Virus record (IMG/VR): IMGVR_UViG_3300048549_001527
Length of the DNA: 64,000 nucleotides
Origin: a virus
Taxonomy: Duplodnaviria > Caudoviricetes
Strand: one strand, 5' to 3'
In this document: positions 56,201 through 63,618 of the stretch, piece by piece
Position numbering within the stretch: position 1 is the first letter of the stretch
Layout: each line of letters starts with the position of its first letter
The notes under the pieces: model-generated
What the model saw: only the letters and a program-made list of their open reading frames with translations
The model's database searches: none
What the model was told of the DNA's origin: nothing
Position numbers and translations under genes: made by a program

Positions 56201-56201
56201 T

Positions 56202-56951
56202 TTATGCAGCCTCTAAAAGTTTTTCTTTTGCAATTATATATTCTTTAACTAATCCTGACCGAACAATATCTTCCACTCCAAATCTTACTACGTCAAAAGA
56301 TGGAATGGCGCTTAAAACTTTTATAAAGTCATGTAAGCCTGTAATATCTGCTCTGTTTCGAGATTGCTGAAGATCGTCTTGCTTTGTATCACCACAGAAA
56401 ATAATCTTTGATGATTCGCCGACTCGAGTAATAATGCTATCAAGTTCGTGGTAAGTCATTGACTGGCATTCATCTACGATAATGATTGCGTTGTCAAACG
56501 TGAGTCCTCTTACAAATGATGATGTTTTAAACTCTATCATACCTTTTGTTTTTAAAATTTGATAAGCATCCTTTCTTCCAAATAGATCGTTTGTGATATC
56601 AGTGTACGGTGCTTCGAACACTGCCTCTTTCTGTGCCTGAGAACCTGGCATAAAACCTTGCTCTCTTGTCTGAACTGCAGATCTAATTATGACGACCTTT
56701 TCATATTCTCCTTTCTGTAGTACATCATTGAGTGCCAAATATGTAGCACACATTGTTTTTCCTGTACCTGCCGTTCCGATGGCTGCTAGATTAAATCCTT
56801 GTTGATAAGAGTCAAATAAATCAGATTGAGATGGTGTTAATGGTTTTATTTGTCGCATTGAAAACTTAGTGTTTAAAACACGCATCATATGTTCTTGATC
56901 TCTTTCTGCTCTTCTTCTTTCTTTCCGGGATAGTCTGCGCTGTTTAGCCAT
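56202..56951 (-). CDS. phoH: PhoH-family ATPase
   Basis: GTAGTGKT; R.QGF.PG...K; SF.RG.TFDNAIIIVDE.Q; TRVGE.SKIIF.GD..Q.D; DIVRSGLVK. Confidence 0.95.
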   Translation of the reverse strand: MAKQRRLSRKERRRAERDQEHMMRVLNTKFSMRQIKPLTPSQSDLFDSYQQGFNLAAIGTAGTGKTMCATYLALNDVLQKGEYEKVVIIRSAVQTREQGFMPGSQAQKEAVFEAPYTDITNDLFGRKDAYQILKTKGMIEFKTSSFVRGLTFDNAIIIVDECQSMTYHELDSIITRVGESSKIIFCGDTKQDDLQQSRNRADITGLHDFIKVLSAIPSFDVVRFGVEDIVRSGLVKEYIIAKEKLLEAA

Positions 56952-56970
56952 GAAACCTCCTAGTGGTTTA

Positions 56971-57231
56971 TTACCACGTGTTTATTTTATTTTGAGCTCC
57001 ACCTTTTTTAATTGAACTTGGATGGTGCTTTTTTACGTTGCTTAAAACATCACGAAACCCAGCGTCAGGCTTTTTAAGACCAAGACGTACTGAGTCACCA
57101 ATAGCTGGTGGCCTTCCAATTCTTTGAGTTATATTAGGGTTTTCTTTGAGGTAGAGATCTCGCTCTGAGATCTTCATAATTTTATCAAATACAGTACCAG
57201 TGTTTGTATCTTCAAACGTATAGGTTGGCAT
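56971..57231 (-). CDS. FmdB-family zinc-ribbon-like regulatory protein (Cys-less variant)
   Basis: MPTY.F....TG..F......SE; GF..VL..VKK.HP; the usual CxxC is absent. Confidence 0.6.
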   Translation of the reverse strand: MPTYTFEDTNTGTVFDKIMKISERDLYLKENPNITQRIGRPPAIGDSVRLGLKKPDAGFRDVLSNVKKHHPSSIKKGGAQNKINTW

Positions 57232-57286
57232 CAAGTCTCCTCTTTTTCAAATAATTCATAGTGTACCAATTTACCAATTGTAAAAC

Positions 57287-57294
57287 TATTTATA
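57287..57294 (-). promoter_or_regulatory. T4-type late promoter driving the FmdB-PhoH-PAAR-exonuclease unit
   Basis: Minus-strand TATAAATA in the intergenic gap; GAGGAG SD follows. Confidence 0.75.
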
Positions 57295-57305
57295 ACGCAA
57301 AACAG

Positions 57306-57917
57306 TTATCCAACGATTAATTCATAAATTTCTTTCCAATTATTTGCACGAGTGGTTAGAGAATTAATTTCAGTATTTTCATTATGATGGTGATTGACTA
57401 GAATTGCTTCTAAACCAAGCGCAGTGCCAAGGTCAGCATTTTGTGGTTTGTCTTCAACCCAATAACAACCAGTTCCAGAATATGGCGCAAGAGCATCATC
57501 TTTGTCAGCTCCAGTGTCAAGGTAAGTAAAGTTTTCAAAGACGCTAGGACCAAACATTTCAATCAAGTTTTTAGTTCGAAGATGTTGAGAATAATAGCAA
57601 GTACTCAATGAACTGATTACTCGGAAGACATATCCGTGTTCCTCATGGAGTTTCCGAACATACTTAATTGCATCACGTAAAGGCGGAAGTTTACGGATCC
57701 AAGCAGACTCGTTGAACATACGAACAATCCGTTCTTTATCTTCAACTCGTAAGCCATAGCGAAGAGTCATATCATACTGATCTTCCATGCCTTCTTGGAT
57801 TTGATAATCATGACGTTCCATCCAACCTGTGAACGCGTATTCCCAATCAAGGAGTACTCCGTCAACGTCAACTAGGATGACTTTGTCGGCAATGGTTTCA
57901 TTAGAACGGTTATACAT
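57306..57917 (-). CDS. HAD-family 5'(3')-nucleotidase
   Basis: VILVDVDGVLLDW; DK; WVEDKP.N. Confidence 0.85.
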   Translation of the reverse strand: MYNRSNETIADKVILVDVDGVLLDWEYAFTGWMERHDYQIQEGMEDQYDMTLRYGLRVEDKERIVRMFNESAWIRKLPPLRDAIKYVRKLHEEHGYVFRVISSLSTCYYSQHLRTKNLIEMFGPSVFENFTYLDTGADKDDALAPYSGTGCYWVEDKPQNADLGTALGLEAILVNHHHNENTEINSLTTRANNWKEIYELIVG

Positions 57918-57918
57918 A

Positions 57919-58191
57919 TTAGGCTACTTTCTTTAATAGTGATGGTGTAACTTTCCAAGTTACGGTAGGAGTTTTAACGACGATAGTCTTCTGATTGATT
58001 TTTGAAATCAGACCTTCAATACGACCACGGCGATTTGCGTCAAACCAAACTTTATCTCCGACGTTAAATGCGTTTCCGATTTCACGTTGCGTTTGACGTT
58101 GACGATTTTTGACTTCTGTGATAATTGCATCAAGTGTATCCTTGTCAGCGTTACGGATTGTTTTCAGTGTTGTTTGGTTTAACTTTTTCAT
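57919..58191 (-). CDS. Hypothetical protein with KOW/SH3-like C-terminus
   Basis: FNVGDKVWF...G.I.KIN.KT..V; SD AAAGGA favours the ATG at 58191. Confidence 0.65.
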   Translation of the reverse strand: MKKLNQTTLKTIRNADKDTLDAIITEVKNRQRQTQREIGNAFNVGDKVWFDANRRGRIEGLISKINQKTIVVKTPTVTWKVTPSLLKKVA

Positions 58192-58217
58192 TTTCATTTT
58201 CCTTTGTTGATATATAC

Positions 58218-58246
58218 AATCTATCTGATTCGCGAGCAAATGTCAA
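58218..58246 (-). promoter_or_regulatory. Sigma70-type early promoter P4
   Basis: TTGACA-17-TAGATT; CGAATCA in the spacer (TGATTCG on the + strand). Confidence 0.8.
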
Positions 58247-58252
58247 TAGTTA

Positions 58253-58645
58253 TTATGCAGACTCCGCAAATAAATTCATTTCAACTTCTTCCATTAACCA
58301 AGTGCCATTTGGTCCATAAGTTGAAGTGAAGAACCACGCGTCACCATCGAAAAGATAAAGATAATCAGCAGAGGCAAATTCGCGTCCTTCTGCTAAGAAT
58401 TCTTCAACTGAATTATATGTTACAGGGGATTGGTTTGAATGGACTGACTCATCCAAAGATGTTTGTAGGTCATCTTTTAAAGATGAGATATAACCAGCAT
58501 TTGCCAATTCTTTGGCAAGCTTTGGTGTGTTATACCATTCGTACAACTGACGGCCGTTATAAGCAAGATAACCATCATAATGACAATATGTTGCAGTAAC
58601 TGTGCCGTCTTCGTTGTAGTTTGCGATCATTGATGAAGTACCCAT
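58253..58645 (-). CDS. Hypothetical phage protein (YCHxDGY family)
   Basis: MGT.S.I...YCHYDGY...G..L...Y; DYLYLF; behind P5. Confidence 0.75.
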   Translation of the reverse strand: MGTSSMIANYNEDGTVTATYCHYDGYLAYNGRQLYEWYNTPKLAKELANAGYISSLKDDLQTSLDESVHSNQSPVTYNSVEEFLAEGREFASADYLYLFDGDAWFFTSTYGPNGTWLMEEVEMNLFAESA

Positions 58646-58679
58646 AAGATTGATTCCTTTTGTTTTACCTTATAGAATC

Positions 58680-58708
58680 AATATAACCTATTTGTACTCA
58701 AATGTCAA
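58680..58708 (-). promoter_or_regulatory. Sigma70-type early promoter P5
   Basis: TTGACA-17-TATATT followed directly by GATTC. Confidence 0.9.
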
Positions 58709-58727
58709 TAGTTAATATGAAAAAGAA

Positions 58728-58901
58728 TTATCTTTTTTGTTCTTCAGTATCAAGATTGGAATATTTTTCTTGCCGTTTCAGTTTCTTTTTATCACGACGA
58801 TTTTTCATACGCTTTTCCTTACTGCGTACGCTTCGTTCTTCGTTGTGACCCCATTCATCGTGTTCCCAATCTTCACGGAACTCTTTAAAACTTTTAGCCA
58901 T
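58728..58901 (-). CDS. Small charged protein, 57 aa (not in the ORF track)
   Basis: Translated by hand: MAKSFKEFREDWEHDEWGHNEERSVRSKEKRMKNRRDKKKLKRQEKYSNLDTEEQKR; AGGA SD; fills the gap exactly. Confidence 0.7.
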   Translation of the reverse strand: MAKSFKEFREDWEHDEWGHNEERSVRSKEKRMKNRRDKKKLKRQEKYSNLDTEEQKR

Positions 58902-58910
58902 TGGTCTTTC

Positions 58911-59351
58911 CTATGATACTTTCTCTTTAATTTCTATTAAGTCAGGAAATGCTGTCATGACTGTCTTTAAAGATAATCCTTTTGGTGATTTTCTAGTAAT
59001 CATTTTACACAACATTTCAGCGTCATCATTATCAACATCTTCTAATAAACTAATGAATAAACTTTCACGCTTAATTTGGTTTAAATTATCATAACCGCCG
59101 CCTTTGATAAAAATCTTAAGGCGACGAGCTTCGTGATACAACAAACTTTTAGCTTCATCCTCGTACTCATTTTTTTTCCAAGGTGGAGGTGTGTCAGGAA
59201 TTAAAAACTCAACAGTTTCGTCATACCAAAGTTTAAGAATAGTTTTTAGTGGTTGATTTTCGTTTTCTTGAAGCCACGCCACTTTATCCTTCTTAACTGG
59301 TATTTCTATTGCTTTATTTATGATTTCTGAAATTGATCTTCTAACTGCCAT
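58911..59351 (-). CDS. Conserved T4-like hypothetical protein adjacent to RNase H
   Basis: K..KV..L.E.....L..IL...YD..VEF..P...PP..K; L..E.R.L..F.KGG....L...KRE..FI.LLE. Confidence 0.75.
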   Translation of the reverse strand: MAVRRSISEIINKAIEIPVKKDKVAWLQENENQPLKTILKLWYDETVEFLIPDTPPPWKKNEYEDEAKSLLYHEARRLKIFIKGGGYDNLNQIKRESLFISLLEDVDNDDAEMLCKMITRKSPKGLSLKTVMTAFPDLIEIKEKVS

Positions 59352-60212
59352 TTAAAAATCCTGTATATCTGAAATTAGGTTTTTGAGTTTTCGGTTAACA
59401 AAGAAGTTAAACAGTTGAGACCGTCCAACATCTTTGTCTATGTTATACTCTTCAAGAATTGCCGTTTGATAATTTGTAGGAATCTGAGACAAGTCAATCA
59501 TTGTCTTGTTGCGATGATAACGGCGTAATGTTTCTTCGTCCATTCCATCTGTTCCAGCACGGAATTGCTCTATGCGCTTTTTAGTCATAGGCTTTTGACG
59601 TTGGCCAACTGCTAAGCAATTGTCTGGTGAAAGAATATTTGGAACACCGTCACCAGTGTCACCTTTTAAGACATGCTCAATTAAATATTGGTCAGGATTG
59701 TCATTACGAATCCAACGTTTGCGAACTGGGTCAAACTGATCTACATTAGCGTAAGTATGTAACTGTATGTAGTCCTTGTCTCCAGATAGAACAAGAAATT
59801 GTTCAGCTCCGCCATTTAGGACAGTGCCATTCTCGTGGATGATGGTACCAATGATATCATCAGCTTCAAGATGATCCATATGAAGAACTTTGTAAGGAAA
59901 GAACTCCTTTAGCTCGTCGCGGATAGTATTCATAATACCAAACAAATGAGTCCAATCGAGTTCAGACTCATCACGAGACTTTTTACGATTAGCTTTGTAA
60001 TATGGATATAGTTCACGGCGCCATGTATTTTTGCCATCAGCGCATATTACGATTTCTCCGTAATCTTCGGTAAACTTTTTACGATTAGCTCGTATTGAAT
60101 TTAGGAACATATGACGAATAAGATTTTCGTCAATGTCCACGTTGTGGTGGTTACCGATGCTTGCGAATAGCGAAGCAAGAATAACTTGATTGTAGTCAAC
60201 TAGTATAGCCAT
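59352..60212 (-). CDS. rnh: RNase H / 5'-3' exonuclease (T4 rnh)
   Basis: ILVDYNQ; RHM.LNSIR; D....WRR..YP.YKA.RK; EADDIIG; LSGDKD.IQL; KGD.GDGVPNILS. Confidence 0.95.
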   Translation of the reverse strand: MAILVDYNQVILASLFASIGNHHNVDIDENLIRHMFLNSIRANRKKFTEDYGEIVICADGKNTWRRELYPYYKANRKKSRDESELDWTHLFGIMNTIRDELKEFFPYKVLHMDHLEADDIIGTIIHENGTVLNGGAEQFLVLSGDKDYIQLHTYANVDQFDPVRKRWIRNDNPDQYLIEHVLKGDTGDGVPNILSPDNCLAVGQRQKPMTKKRIEQFRAGTDGMDEETLRRYHRNKTMIDLSQIPTNYQTAILEEYNIDKDVGRSQLFNFFVNRKLKNLISDIQDF

Positions 60213-60249
60213 TTTGTTTTCTCTGTTTCAATTTTATTTAATAATTACT

Positions 60250-60278
60250 ATACTAATCTAAATCTTCTTCAATGTCAA
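60250..60278 (-). promoter_or_regulatory. Sigma70-type promoter P6 for rnh, embedded in the 3' end of the upstream gene
   Basis: TTGACA-17-TAGTAT; encoded by codons V-D-I-E-E-D-L-D-stop; no GANTC. Confidence 0.65.
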
Positions 60279-60615
60279 CCATTTTTTTAGCTTCTGCCTC
60301 AAAATTTTCTATTTCTTCAATATCAACAAATTCTGAAGCAAACTCTTGCAATGGATGATGAACGCCATGAGCTTGTAAATGTAAGGACCTAATTGCTTCA
60401 AGTACTAATACCATAGATGGAAAATGCTTTTTTATTTCTTTATCAAAATCGCATCCCATACGTGACATTTCGCCAAGAAGATTTCTCCATAAGTATTCAG
60501 AAGCTTCTTCGGCTATTTCTTCCTTATAATCAATAAGAACTTGCTGTAGTTCTTCACGTGTCTTTGCTGACGCGTTAACTTTGTCCTTTACAGGAAATTC
60601 TATGACATTAGACAT
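60253..60615 (-). CDS. Hypothetical acidic protein
   Basis: MSNVIEFP start; TAATG coupling. Confidence 0.7.
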   Translation of the reverse strand: MSNVIEFPVKDKVNASAKTREELQQVLIDYKEEIAEEASEYLWRNLLGEMSRMGCDFDKEIKKHFPSMVLVLEAIRSLHLQAHGVHHPLQEFASEFVDIEEIENFEAEAKKMVDIEEDLD

Positions 60616-61580
60616 TATCCGTTTCCAGCGCTATTTAAATCTTGCAATAATCTGTTCCAACTATTTGTAAAACTATTTATACTGTTCCGTGCTAAATTGA
60701 AGCGATCTGATGTTGTAAACTTTGGAATGAAGTTTGGATCAGATTTTTGAATATCTAATACTTGCTTTACAACTGAAAATGCGCGATTAGCATGTACGTT
60801 AGGATCCTCATGCCAATCATATGTAATTGTTGCGTTGGCTGCGGTTTCAGATAGTCCACCGTAATTTGGATGAATACAAAGTACGCCGCTTTTAATTGCT
60901 TCAATTAACGCGATACAAGATGTTTCTTTCCAAATATTTGGATATAAGAATATGTGAGCTTTATCCAACGCGGCTAATACTCTTTCATTAGGAACTGAGC
61001 CATGATATGTCATATTAGGATGAGCATGGATTTTCGTAAACAAATCAACGTAAGGATCGTCTCTTTCAACCCAGCCATAAATTGCAAAAGAAGAATAAAC
61101 ATCAAGATGAATATTTTTATAATCTTTAGACAACGCATCTACGATTGGATACAAAAGTTCAAGACCACGGTGCGGAGTAGTATGATAAATCAAACGGATT
61201 TCATTTGCATCTTTATCGAGATTTGGGTTATAAGGTTTTTCAACCGCGTTAGGAATTACTGAACACATTGAGTACGGAATGTTGTAATACGTGATGTACA
61301 TATCTCGTTGCCATGCTGTTACAAAAACAAAATGGTCAAAGTCTTTCCATCCGTTATTTGCAAGAACTTTGTTTTCAGGATCTTCAGCTAAGTCATGGCA
61401 GTACATAATGTTTTTTACGTTAGTGTACATTTCACGTGGGCGCGAAAAATGAATAGCAAAATTTTGCAATACATCGCTTGGCACATTATCAATAACGCGC
61501 TTACGCATCATTTCAGTTCCGCCTATTGAATTTTTGGACTGTTCTGTTTCAATAATGTTACCTTGGTAAATACAGCTCAT
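60615..61580 (-). CDS. GT-B fold glycosyltransferase (GT4-like)
   Basis: GGTE; HD...D; FV..WQ; VIPNAV; IY.TTP.RGL..L; HG.V....V...L..AHIFLYP.IW.ETSCIALIEA..SG. Confidence 0.85.
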   Translation of the reverse strand: MSCIYQGNIIETEQSKNSIGGTEMMRKRVIDNVPSDVLQNFAIHFSRPREMYTNVKNIMYCHDLAEDPENKVLANNGWKDFDHFVFVTAWQRDMYITYYNIPYSMCSVIPNAVEKPYNPNLDKDANEIRLIYHTTPHRGLELLYPIVDALSKDYKNIHLDVYSSFAIYGWVERDDPYVDLFTKIHAHPNMTYHGSVPNERVLAALDKAHIFLYPNIWKETSCIALIEAIKSGVLCIHPNYGGLSETAANATITYDWHEDPNVHANRAFSVVKQVLDIQKSDPNFIPKFTTSDRFNLARNSINSFTNSWNRLLQDLNSAGNG

Positions 61581-61834
61581 AAATTAAACTCCGTGCTAAA
61601 ATCTTTAATTGTATCCCAACGGAATGAACGCCAGCCTTTAGCTTCAACATCCCATACTGCGAGAACATCAGGATTTGGTTTCTTTTTTTGAATTTGTTCT
61701 TCAATGTCAATTTGTTCTGGTAACATTGATTCTTGAAGTGTACAATGCATGATGCGCTCATCACCATTCTTTTTTGTAAAAACAACTTTACATATGCCTT
61801 TATGAAGGCTATCTTTCATTTCATCATTTGTCAT
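61577..61834 (-). CDS. Small SH3/WYL-like phage protein (DUF2693-like)
   Basis: L..G...V.FTK.NG.ER.M.CT; V.AVWD.E..GWRSFR. Confidence 0.75.
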   Translation of the reverse strand: MTNDEMKDSLHKGICKVVFTKKNGDERIMHCTLQESMLPEQIDIEEQIQKKKPNPDVLAVWDVEAKGWRSFRWDTIKDFSTEFNL

Positions 61835-61856
61835 AATCTATCTCACTTTATATATG

Positions 61857-62096
61857 TTATTTAAATACCAACTTTACTACTTCGTAATCTCTTAATACTT
61901 CAAAGGTGGCCGTAGCTAAATCAATAGTAGGTTCTTTTCTTATTCTTGATAAAACCCTGTCTACAAAGAATAGTTCTTTTCCATTATCTGCCATGATTTC
62001 AAGGCCTTCAAAAAAAGTTTCAATGTCATAAGGATTTTCATTGAAAACACTTTTCAGATAACGCTGAGTTTCTGTTCTGTTTGCTGATTTGTCCAC
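61857..62096 (-). CDS. Hypothetical protein
   Basis: AGGAAGGA SD; start overlaps the end of the kinase gene. Confidence 0.55.
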   Translation of the reverse strand: MDKSANRTETQRYLKSVFNENPYDIETFFEGLEIMADNGKELFFVDRVLSRIRKEPTIDLATATFEVLRDYEVVKLVFK

Positions 62097-62712
62097 GTTG
62101 TCCTTCCTTTTTATATATTGCTTCTAAAACATTATGAAGGTCTTTAAGATTTCCATTGTTATGGATTCTGTAAGTGTCAACTTCAAACTTATGAGGCAAT
62201 ACATATTTTTTATTGATTGCGGTCTGTTTTTCGTTAGTGAACTCTTGAATAACGTTACCGTCAAAATAACGCCTTGAGTCCGTCGAATAATCACAGCCTT
62301 CACGTGTAAGCTGCACTAATACGAAATTATTGGATCCAACTCTATTTATAACAGGAAGGAGTTCGTCAACAAATCCGCCGTCAGAAATTGCGTAATTCTT
62401 ACTCATATCAATTTCGTTTGCAACTTGTAGACCAAAATAATCTAAACCACGTTTAGGCTTAATTACTTTTTCTGAAACATAAATCATTGCTTCACGGCAA
62501 GACATATGGCCAAGATCCATATGAGGAACTTCTTTTACAGAACGATCGTCATATCTATTCATAAACCATTCATAGCTTATATCAAAGTATTTTGCGGTTT
62601 CTTTATACAATTGATATTTAAAAGAAAGGTGTTTCCAACCTTTTTGTTTTTTGAAATAATCAGCAGCTGCGTCTTTTCCTGAAAGAGGAGGACCATTAAA
62701 TAAAATGATCAT
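62038..62712 (-). CDS. gp1: Deoxynucleoside monophosphate kinase (T4 gp1-like)
   Basis: NGPPLSGKD.AA; HLSFK..L; SCREAMI..SE...KP..G..YFG; ISDGGF.DE; start at 62712 by ATGA overlap. Confidence 0.8.
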   Translation of the reverse strand: MIILFNGPPLSGKDAAADYFKKQKGWKHLSFKYQLYKETAKYFDISYEWFMNRYDDRSVKEVPHMDLGHMSCREAMIYVSEKVIKPKRGLDYFGLQVANEIDMSKNYAISDGGFVDELLPVINRVGSNNFVLVQLTREGCDYSTDSRRYFDGNVIQEFTNEKQTAINKKYVLPHKFEVDTYRIHNNGNLKDLHNVLEAIYKKEGQRGQISKQNRNSALSEKCFQ

Positions 62713-62939
62713 GCAAATTGGTCCTCCACGATATTTAGAATTTCTTCGGAAAACGCATTTTTCCATTCTTGAGGTGTCATGCCCGAAAGAATGAATTCAC
62801 GATCTTCAATTGATAAGTAAGGAAGTAAGTCATCCATACTTCCGTACCCAGCTTCGTATTGAGCAAAGTCTTTAGGATCCATAGGAATATCCTTTGTGCG
62901 GACAATTCCTGAAAAGGCACTTGTTTTTTTGATAATCAT
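62709..62939 (-). CDS. Hypothetical early protein
   Basis: GGAG SD favours the ATG at 62939; LS.EDREFI.SG.TP.EW motif; behind P7. Confidence 0.7.
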   Translation of the reverse strand: MIIKKTSAFSGIVRTKDIPMDPKDFAQYEAGYGSMDDLLPYLSIEDREFILSGMTPQEWKNAFSEEILNIVEDQFA

Positions 62940-62967
62940 GACATTCTCCATTAACTGATTCTAGATT

Positions 62968-62996
62968 AATATAATCTATTCTAATAGAAATGTCAA
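62968..62996 (-). promoter_or_regulatory. Sigma70-type early promoter P7
   Basis: TTGACA-17-TATATT; GAATC 6 nt downstream of the -10; the -35 overlaps the TGA stop of the GIY-YIG gene. Confidence 0.85.
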
Positions 62997-63427
62997 CCAT
63001 TACTATCATCCATGAGCCATTTTAATCCCTTAACGTGGCTTCTATGGATTTTAGCTTGGCATATGCCGTTATAATATGAGTCGTCCAACAACGCATGACG
63101 AGTAATTTGTTCATAAAGTTCGAGATAGCCCATTTCACCTTTCTTATCGCAAAGATGTATTATTTCACGGTAAAAGTTATCTGGGCCTTTTTCTTCAACC
63201 ATAAGTTTGACTTCTTCAGAAGAACCATAATATTTTTGCCAATCTGACTCAACAACTTTTGTGCGGCGTCGAGTTTTACCTTTTAAAGGTTTAAGTCTTC
63301 TTTTTGATTTGAAAAGCTTTTTACCGATATATTTTTTATCGTTAGAACCATCAGTGATTATATAGACAAAGCCAATATAATCTCCAATATGTTCAGAGGT
63401 GAATTCCTCACCTTTGTAATGCCACAT
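62993..63427 (-). CDS. GIY-YIG nuclease (single-domain, T4 EndoII/DenA-like)
   Basis: GFVY.IT...N.KKYIGKK; W..YYGSS; F.REI...C; E. Confidence 0.8.
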   Translation of the reverse strand: MWHYKGEEFTSEHIGDYIGFVYIITDGSNDKKYIGKKLFKSKRRLKPLKGKTRRRTKVVESDWQKYYGSSEEVKLMVEEKGPDNFYREIIHLCDKKGEMGYLELYEQITRHALLDDSYYNGICQAKIHRSHVKGLKWLMDDSNG

Positions 63428-63451
63428 AGAATAACCCCATAGTAATAGGAT

Positions 63452-63459
63452 TATTTATA
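63452..63459 (-). promoter_or_regulatory. T4-type late promoter upstream of the GIY-YIG gene
   Basis: Minus-strand TATAAATA, 25 nt upstream of the ATG. Confidence 0.6.
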
Positions 63460-63462
63460 CCA

Positions 63463-63618
63463 TCATTTAGCGATCTTAGTTTTGATATTACCACACATTT
63501 TACATTGCATAGTATATTTACGTGATAGCTTTTTACTAGGAAGTTTAACGATGTCAGTTTGAATGATATGCCACCGATGAACGTGGCCATAAACAAGAAG
63601 CTGAATAATATTCCACAT
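63463..63618 (-). CDS. Small putative zinc-binding protein, 51 aa (not in the ORF track)
   Basis: Translated by hand: MWNIIQLLVYGHVHRWHIIQTDIVKLPSKKLSRKYTMQCKMCGNIKTKIAK; HxH...CxxC; TAATG coupling to the upstream stop. Confidence 0.7.
   Translation of the reverse strand: MWNIIQLLVYGHVHRWHIIQTDIVKLPSKKLSRKYTMQCKMCGNIKTKIAK

Noticed and set aside
62343-62350. Minus-strand TATAAATA inside the dNMP kinase gene (also one at 60674)
   Set aside because: Intragenic in AT-rich DNA and about 250 nt from the next start; the 60674 copy is possible but unsupported
53507-62996. CtrA boxes (TTAA-N7-TTAA) at the early promoters
   Set aside because: No full two-half-site match was found by eye in these promoters
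62993-63427. Mobile homing endonuclease
   Set aside because: Single short GIY-YIG domain with no DNA-binding extension; better fits an EndoII-like core gene
63408-63596. 62-aa ORF from the track
   Set aside because: The overlapping 51-aa HxH/CxxC ORF in another frame is translationally coupled and more protein-like
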